Shown in pieces: positions 61,301 to 64,000 of a stretch of DNA of 64,000 nucleotides. Under the pieces are notes generated by a model. The model was not told where the DNA came from, did not search any database, and was given only the letters and a program-made list of their open reading frames with translations. The stretch comes from Mustelus asterias (lineage: Eukaryota): assembly GCF_964213995.1 (NCBI RefSeq), contig NC_135807.1, positions 103,478,001 to 103,542,000 of the forward strand, in the 5' to 3' direction. Within the stretch, counting starts at the first letter, position 1. Every line of letters begins with the position of its first letter. Position numbers and translations under genes: made by a program.

Positions 61301-61784
61301 CCTCAATCTTCAACTATCAAAGCCATCACACTTGAACACAGCTTGTCAATTCCAACTCTTCATTCCAGGTAACCCACAAGCAGCGGGCCTGCAACAATAC
61401 CTCAGACAGATTCAAAATCTCATCTTAAATGATGCTTATTTCTTTAACTGCATTTTAATCTTTGTATCTGCATTTTAGTCAATAATTTATATTTTTTAGA
61501 AACTTTCAGCAGCAATTTTTGCAACACACTAGCCTTTTTTCTAGACTAAAGCTTGTCTGCTAGTTATTTTTAAATTGAGTCATTCACAAACTAAAAAGGG
61601 GGGGGGTTGCACACAAAAACTCTTGGTTCACAAACCATTTTGGGAGCATCTTTAAAGGGTTTGTTTATGCTGAACGTACACATTAGCAAACTATTTTCTC
61701 AGCCCTCAATGGAACTGACAAAATTCTTAATGAAATACTGAGATTAGTACTCACCCGAGAAAATGATTCAGTCTTCTCATCCAA
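4257..61784 (-). CDS. LRRFIP2: LRRFIP2 (leucine-rich repeat flightless-interacting protein 2), 3' 13 coding exons; the 5' part lies beyond the window
   Basis: Exons 61755-61784, 36802-36936, 36549-36620, 33169-33339, 30877-30969, 28505-28597, 27951-28043, 23399-23531, 20152-20201, 14710-14830, 12164-12243, 5599-5703 and 4257-4367. All have AG/GT boundaries and compatible phases and total 1287 nt (428 aa + stop). The peptide matches the LRRFIP2 coiled-coil C-terminus as I recall it ([61 protein letters not shown]). Confidence 0.95.
5599..5703 (-). CDS. LRRFIP2: LRRFIP2 exon [35 protein letters not shown]
   Basis: ttttcag|GTT...GAG|gtatgc; 105 nt. Confidence 0.95.
5937..8905 (-). mobile_element. 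CR1 LINE ORF2, decayed
   Basis: Fragmented ORFs with [40 protein letters not shown] and PQGSVLGP. Confidence 0.92.
8935..9258 (+). mobile_element. V-SINE
   Basis: Same consensus. Confidence 0.8.
9590..9975 (+). mobile_element. Old Deu-domain SINE (SacSINE1/AmnSINE-like)
   Basis: taaagatcccat...gagtttctcccc...aacagatcatctggacatt...gtttgtggga; a second copy lies at about 38310-38715. Confidence 0.6.
10297..10487. mobile_element. Fold-back insertion of the second PLE family's terminal repeat
   Basis: ctcagcag...gcatctgtggagag / ctccacaaatgctgtcagacctgctgag inverted arms; matches the 3' end at 49560-49635. Confidence 0.65.
12164..12243 (-). CDS. LRRFIP2: LRRFIP2 exon [27 protein letters not shown]
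   Basis: ttcctttcag|GA...AAT|gtaagt; 80 nt, phase 1-0. Confidence 0.95.
12285..12955 (+). mobile_element. Old CR1 RT fragment
   Basis: caacatggcttt..., gtgccgcaaggatcaatgctggggcc (VPQGSMLGP), aagtttgctgacaatacaaag. Confidence 0.75.
13976..14196. mobile_element. Short fold-back PLE terminal-repeat insertion
   Basis: Inverted taagagttttaacaac...gttgttaaaactctta arms; TSD aacatttgtgga at 13964-13975 and 14197-14208. Confidence 0.85.
14104..14140 (+). ncRNA. Degenerate hammerhead motif (cleavage-site U lost)
   Basis: ccat-CTGACGA-aGGAGC agg GCTCT-GAAA-GC-GA-atgg. Confidence 0.5.
14710..14830 (-). CDS. LRRFIP2: LRRFIP2 exon [40 protein letters not shown]
   Basis: ttttggtag|ATC...CAGA|gtaagt; 121 nt, phase 0-1. 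Confidence 0.94.
15120..15316 (+). mobile_element. PLE terminal repeat fragment (older subfamily)
   Basis: Degenerate hammerhead motif followed by aataaacctgttggactataacctgg; 5' boundary uncertain. Confidence 0.7.
15850..17545 (+). mobile_element. Decayed LINE of a second CR1/L2-group family (APE region), with a SINE inserted
   Basis: ORF 16022..16366 has [10 protein letters not shown]...RPTRAGG and [13 protein letters not shown]; related copies at about 13100-13740, 20840-22510 and 49790-50270. Confidence 0.65.
16866..17201 (+). mobile_element. tRNA-derived V-SINE (HE1-like), well-preserved copy
   Basis: A box (tagcacagtgg), B box (gggttcgattccc), V-domain-like core (gggtttcctccgggtgctccggtttcctcccaca) and CR1-like ttctatga tail. 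Confidence 0.85.
17552..17832 (+). mobile_element. V-SINE
   Basis: Same head and core. Confidence 0.75.
20152..20201 (-). CDS. LRRFIP2: LRRFIP2 exon [17 protein letters not shown]
   Basis: ttattacag|AT...CAG|gtaatt; 50 nt, phase 1-0. Confidence 0.94.
20311..20508. mobile_element. Fold-back insertion of the second PLE family's terminal repeat
   Basis: ggtctggcagcatctgtggagagagaaacaga / tctgtttctctctccacagatgctgccagacc inverted arms; atttcctg on both flanks. Confidence 0.75.
23399..23531 (-). CDS. LRRFIP2: LRRFIP2 exon [44 protein letters not shown]
   Basis: atctttcag|AAA...CTAG|gtagtg; 133 nt, phase 0-1. Confidence 0.96.
24124..25031. mobile_element. GC-rich non-autonomous DNA-transposon-like element with poly-C tract
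   Basis: Abrupt GC-rich island with internal tggcactgccc/cagtgcca inverted motifs; ends gagaatcccagcca, a motif shared with short elements at ~2378-2515 and ~10100-10232. Confidence 0.45.
26625..26953 (-). mobile_element. V-SINE
   Basis: Reverse complement of the consensus. Confidence 0.82.
27302..27593 (+). mobile_element. PLE 3' terminal repeat fragment
   Basis: Homologous to the reverse complement of 53867-54170; flanked by tttaaaaaaa(a)cc on both sides. Confidence 0.8.
27494..27530 (+). ncRNA. Minimal type I hammerhead ribozyme motif (variant stem II)
   Basis: cac-CTGAAGA-aGGGGC ttgca GCTCC-GAAA-GC-TT-gtg. Confidence 0.7.
27951..28043 (-). CDS. LRRFIP2: LRRFIP2 exon [31 protein letters not shown] (alternative donor at 27942 adds VGH)
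   Basis: tgctcag|GCT...AAG|gtaggc; second in-frame donor CAT|gtatgt 9 nt downstream; seen in ORF 27924..28175. Confidence 0.9.
28505..28597 (-). CDS. LRRFIP2: LRRFIP2 exon [31 protein letters not shown]
   Basis: ttttctgtag|GAG...GGG|gtagga; 93 nt; the DLQET..WKDKKIG motif is shared by LRRFIP1/2 long isoforms. Confidence 0.9.
28921..29844 (+). mobile_element. CR1 3' fragment
   Basis: ORFs 29020..29493 and 29486..29749; ends ttcttatgttcttatg. Confidence 0.9.
30030..30311 (-). mobile_element. V-SINE, alternative-tail subfamily
   Basis: Reverse complement of the 77-372 type. Confidence 0.8.
30877..30969 (-). CDS. LRRFIP2: LRRFIP2 exon [31 protein letters not shown]
   Basis: tttttcag|GAA...GAG|gtaggt; 93 nt. 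Confidence 0.95.
31152..31273. mobile_element. Minimal fold-back PLE insertion
   Basis: Same terminal sequence in inverted arrangement; TSD ttgatttaaa at 31142-31151 and 31274-31283. Confidence 0.85.
33169..33339 (-). CDS. LRRFIP2: LRRFIP2 exon [57 protein letters not shown]
   Basis: ttgcag|GAT...AAG|gtaatc; 171 nt; seen in ORF 33091..33345. Confidence 0.96.
35003..35945 (-). mobile_element. Young CR1 3' fragment with uninterrupted frame
   Basis: ORF 35083..35997 runs from KFADDTK to the natural stop; (ttctttg)n tail. Confidence 0.92.
36549..36620 (-). CDS. LRRFIP2: LRRFIP2 72-nt exon [24 protein letters not shown]
   Basis: ccaacag|GAT...AAG|gtatca; phase 0-0; near-identical to the recalled mammalian peptide. 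Confidence 0.93.
36802..36936 (-). CDS. LRRFIP2: LRRFIP2 exon (Q)[44 protein letters not shown]
   Basis: Acceptor tctttctttcacctag|cag (NAGNAG), donor CGG|gtaagg; [10 protein letters not shown] motif of the LRRFIP family. Confidence 0.93.
37161..37506. repeat. Tandem repeat, 118-bp unit x ~2.9
   Basis: tggaactactttctcatgacc recurs at 37175, 37293 and 37411; the units are essentially identical. Confidence 0.95.
37510..37776 (-). mobile_element. Solo LTR (~267 bp)
   Basis: TGTGATG...CACCACA termini with cta(t) on both flanks; on the minus strand a GC box, TATAAA (~37643-37648) and AATAAA (~37565-37570) occur in LTR order. Confidence 0.65.
37841..38116 (+). mobile_element. V-SINE
   Basis: Same head and core. 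Confidence 0.75.
38887..39195 (+). mobile_element. V-SINE
   Basis: Same consensus. Confidence 0.8.
41290..41326 (-). ncRNA. Minimal type I hammerhead ribozyme motif (sense to LRRFIP2 pre-mRNA)
   Basis: ccat-CTGATGA-aGGAGC agc GCTCC-GAAA-GC-TA-atgg on the minus strand. Confidence 0.75.
41539..41573 (+). ncRNA. Minimal type I hammerhead ribozyme motif
   Basis: cat-CTGATGA-aGGAGC agc GCTCC-GAAA-GC-TA-atg. Confidence 0.75.
41945..42293 (-). mobile_element. V-SINE with internal ~40-bp insertion
   Basis: Reverse complement of the consensus. Confidence 0.8.
42396..42713 (+). mobile_element. V-SINE
   Basis: Same consensus. Confidence 0.8.
43440..44652 (+). mobile_element. Second PLE family, decayed RT and GIY-YIG (5' part)
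   Basis: ORF 43577..43960 has [30 protein letters not shown]...YIDDYIG (PLE RT). ORF 44147..44734 has [25 protein letters not shown] (GIY-YIG). Confidence 0.85.
45139..45377. mobile_element. Fold-back PLE insertion inside a Rex1-like LINE
   Basis: Inverted arms; TSD ctatacaag(c/a)aag at 45126-45138 and 45378-45390. Confidence 0.85.
45244..45280 (+). ncRNA. Minimal type I hammerhead ribozyme motif
   Basis: ccat-CTGACGA-aGGAGC agc GCTCC-GAAA-GC-TT-atgg; a truncated tandem copy precedes it at about 45206-45234. Confidence 0.72.
47018..48903 (-). mobile_element. CR1 LINE, 5'-truncated (RT region)
   Basis: ORFs 47952..48845, 47569..48000 and 47099..47500 carry [30 protein letters not shown] and KFADDTK; ttctatgtttct tail. 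Confidence 0.92.
49056..49635 (+). mobile_element. Continuation and 3' end of the same PLE after nested insertions
   Basis: Resumes the endonuclease C-terminus (cctatcgcttgcc...ggcctgttgcaatgctccagtgaagcc...ctcaacattg) and ends in gctgagtttatccagcattttctgtttttatt. Confidence 0.7.
51650..51965 (+). mobile_element. L2-like LINE 3' fragment
   Basis: tttgtctccagacttgactattcc (SRLDYS), cattggctccc, aaatccctccatggtcttactctccctatctc; similar pieces at ~26240-26570 and ~53700-53860. Confidence 0.55.
52195..52325 (+). mobile_element. PLE terminal repeat fragment
   Basis: Hammerhead motif, aataaacctgttggactttaacctgg, then tail gcatctccacatcatg. Confidence 0.8.
52201..52235 (+). ncRNA. Minimal type I hammerhead ribozyme motif
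   Basis: cac-CTGATGA-aGGAGC agc GCTCC-GAAA-GC-TC-gtg. Confidence 0.75.
53867..54617 (-). mobile_element. Penelope-like element, 5'-truncated: Cys-rich linker, GIY-YIG endonuclease and terminal repeat with hammerhead motif
   Basis: ORF 54262..54618 has [10 protein letters not shown] and NVVYLIRC...WYIGET...MNEHR...VGEHF, with one premature stop before GLNRD. 12-bp TSD ttaaaattgcaa at 53855-53866 and 54618-54629. Confidence 0.9.
53922..53958 (-). ncRNA. Hammerhead motif with mutated stem III palindrome
   Basis: ccat-CTGACGA-aGGAGC att GCTCC-GAAA-GT-TT-atgg on the minus strand. Confidence 0.6.
54845..58270 (+). mobile_element. V-SINE split by a CR1 insertion (halves 54845-54945 and 58079-58270)
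   Basis: ...gcacgttctccctgcat | CR1 | gcatctgcgtgggtttcc... Confidence 0.8.
54946..58078 (-). mobile_element. Young CR1 LINE: ORF1 C-terminus plus nearly intact ORF2 (APE + RT) with two frameshifts
   Basis: ORF 55970..57937 (NARS, ISETWL, GDFN, SDH, RT motifs) continues in 55819..56010 and 55017..55859; the ORF1 remnant has DGLHLN (esterase-like); splits a SINE with gcat duplicated. Confidence 0.95.
60706..61680 (+). mobile_element. Possible old solo LTR
   Basis: tgttaca...cgtaca termini, flanks catc/catt, internal tataaa near 61095. Confidence 0.3.
61755..61784 (-). CDS. LRRFIP2: LRRFIP2 30-nt microexon ([10 protein letters not shown])
   Basis: ttttttccttacag|TTGGATGAGAAG...TCTCGG|gtgagt; phase 0-0; begins LDEK and ends in R like the homologous mammalian exon. 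Confidence 0.75.
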
Positions 61785-63924
61785 CTGTAAGGAAAAAAAT
61801 CAAGTTAAACATTAACAAAATACCAATAGCCTGATATAAAATTAATCATGCCAAACTAACTTTTTGAAAGTAATCCCAGCATCACTGATCTATCAAACTT
61901 GAAAACAATTACTTCAGAAAAAAATACAAATTAATATTTATGTAAACTGAAGAGCCAGATTATTTATTTACACAAGTACCAGCTAATCTAATGCAATGGA
62001 TAACCAACAGCAGAATTTCAGAATCGTGCAGAATTAAATGCATCATGCTAAATGAAGGCTATTTAAGAATTTAATTTGTTTGTACCCAATGTGGTCCTGG
62101 TTTCACTTTTGTCATCTTAAGTGTATTTCAACAAGTCTTTCAATCTTTAAAAAACCTTAACGTTCATCAAGTGTTACAATTTTACCGTCAATCAGCTCAT
62201 GTGAATCAGAAAATTAAATTGAAAAAGGACTTTTTGCCCACTTACTACTTGGCAGCTGGTATTTAAAAGTCATGAATCATGTTGATACTGCTCCAAAGTT
62301 ACTGCCCCATGGCTTAAGACGTAGTTCTCCCACAGCCAACAACCATATTAAGTCTGTCAAAAAAACTTTTTCTAACAGTAGCCAGGAAGACCCATTCCTG
62401 AATGGGTTACCCCAATCTCGTTGTTGCCGTCAACAATTGCAGTCGCACAATTTGGTGGCAATATCATGACATTCCGTACTGATCTAATCATGCATAAACT
62501 TACTCATTACCTGAGTAGAATAATTACAGCACTCAATTACAGAATCTATATAGAGCAGGAGGCCAGTTGGCCCATTATGTCTGTGCCAGACCTCTAAATT
62601 AACAATTCATTTGGTGCCTTTCCTCCGCAGCACTGCATATTCTTCCTTTTCAAATAACAGTCCAATTCCCTCCCAAATGCCTTGACTGGCCCTGCTTCCA
62701 CCAAACTATCAGGCAGTATATTCCAAATCTTAATCATGCAGTTCGCATGGATGTTTCTCATGTCTCCATTGCTTCTTTTGCCAATTCCTTAAATCAGTGC
62801 CTTCTCATTCTTGACCATTCCACCAGTGGGAATAATTTCTTTTTATTGACTCTGTCCAGACCCTGCATGATTTTGAATACTTCAAATTTCCTCTTAGCTT
62901 TCTCTTCACCAAAAAAGAAAACTATCCCTTCTTCTATCTATTAAGTTTTCAAAATCTACAGTATTTCAATTTTGATTCTGCTCTTCAGGTTTCATAAAAA
63001 AAACTCTGAAGTATACATTTCAGGGACTCCTCCCATCTTTGCTCTTCACACTGACTATCTTAATCCACATCAGAATAATTGATGTCCCTCGTTATCACCA
63101 CGAAAGATTTATTTGTCATTTGTATGCAATTACTTTGTTCCAGGGTTAACCTTGAACCTTTTGAATGCCATAGTTCAGTCTGCCTCCATCACAATCTTGA
63201 GAACATTCGAGATTCCAATCATTTGCTTTTAAAAAAAAATTCTCTCATTTGTTGCCATTGCTTATTTTGCCAATCACCTTAGATCTGCACACTCTGGTTC
63301 TCAACCCTCCCATCAATTGTAACAGCTTCTCCTTATATACTTTGTCCAGACCTCTCAAGGTTTTGAATATCTGAAGATTTTGAATACATCTATCAAATCT
63401 CCTCTCAAACGTCTATTCTTCAAGTCTCAAGTTCTCCAATCTACTGAAGTTCCTCACCCCAGAACCATTGTCATGAATGTTTTCTTTACTCCATCTTCAT
63501 ATCCTTACTGAAGTGTCGTGACCAGAATTGCACACAATACTTCATAGTGAAGTATGTTGCAACATCATAACAATTACTCTAAACATGTCAAAACATCATG
63601 GTCAGCACTGGACATGCATGAACTATTGGGTTCAGATAAAGTTATCCCTGTGCCTGACAAAATAAATGGAGCAAAGTGCTTCATTCACTCAAGATCCAGG
63701 CAGCAACGCTCTTGGTTTAAATACTGTTTTCTGTTCCGTTCCTTCTTTACAGAAACTCAATTTCAGCAGTAACCATTACTTGCCAGAGCTTTAGAGCATG
63801 CCATCAGCAATCTGACTCACTGGGCCTTCTGATTTCTTCACACCTCCATATTCCAAACTAAGCAAAGTATCTTTCCTTACTGCACCAGGTACATCCTCTG
63901 TTAAGTACTACATATTAATACAAA

Positions 63925-64000
63925 CTCGGGTCAGTGTGTGGAGTTTGCACGTTTTTCCTGTGTCTGCGTGGGTTTCCTTACAGTGCTCCAGTTTCCTCCC
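63925..64000 (+). mobile_element. V-SINE fragment running off the window
   Basis: gtgtggagtttgcacg...gggtttcc...gtttcctccc. Confidence 0.75.

Noticed and set aside
61785-64000. Further upstream LRRFIP2 exons
   Set aside because: No segment with both credible splice sites and a recognisable peptide; much of it is decayed CR1. Very short exons could have been missed.

Overview
Eukaryotic, repeat-rich genomic DNA, most likely from a cartilaginous fish (shark), judged from HE1/V-SINE-type and Deu-domain SINEs and abundant CR1 LINEs. The only host gene found is the 3' part of LRRFIP2 on the minus strand: 13 GT-AG exons from 61784 down to the stop at 4257, which splice into a 428-aa open frame, plus a ~1 kb 3' UTR. 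The introns hold CR1, L2-like and Rex1/Babar-like LINEs, tRNA-derived SINEs, a decayed Harbinger transposase and solo LTRs. The most notable non-genic signal is a Penelope-like element (PLE) family. It has a GIY-YIG endonuclease remnant and a terminal repeat carrying a minimal hammerhead ribozyme motif in 7 copies with covarying stem I. Several copies are fold-back palindromes with 10-13 bp target-site duplications. All calls were made by eye, and repeat boundaries are approximate.
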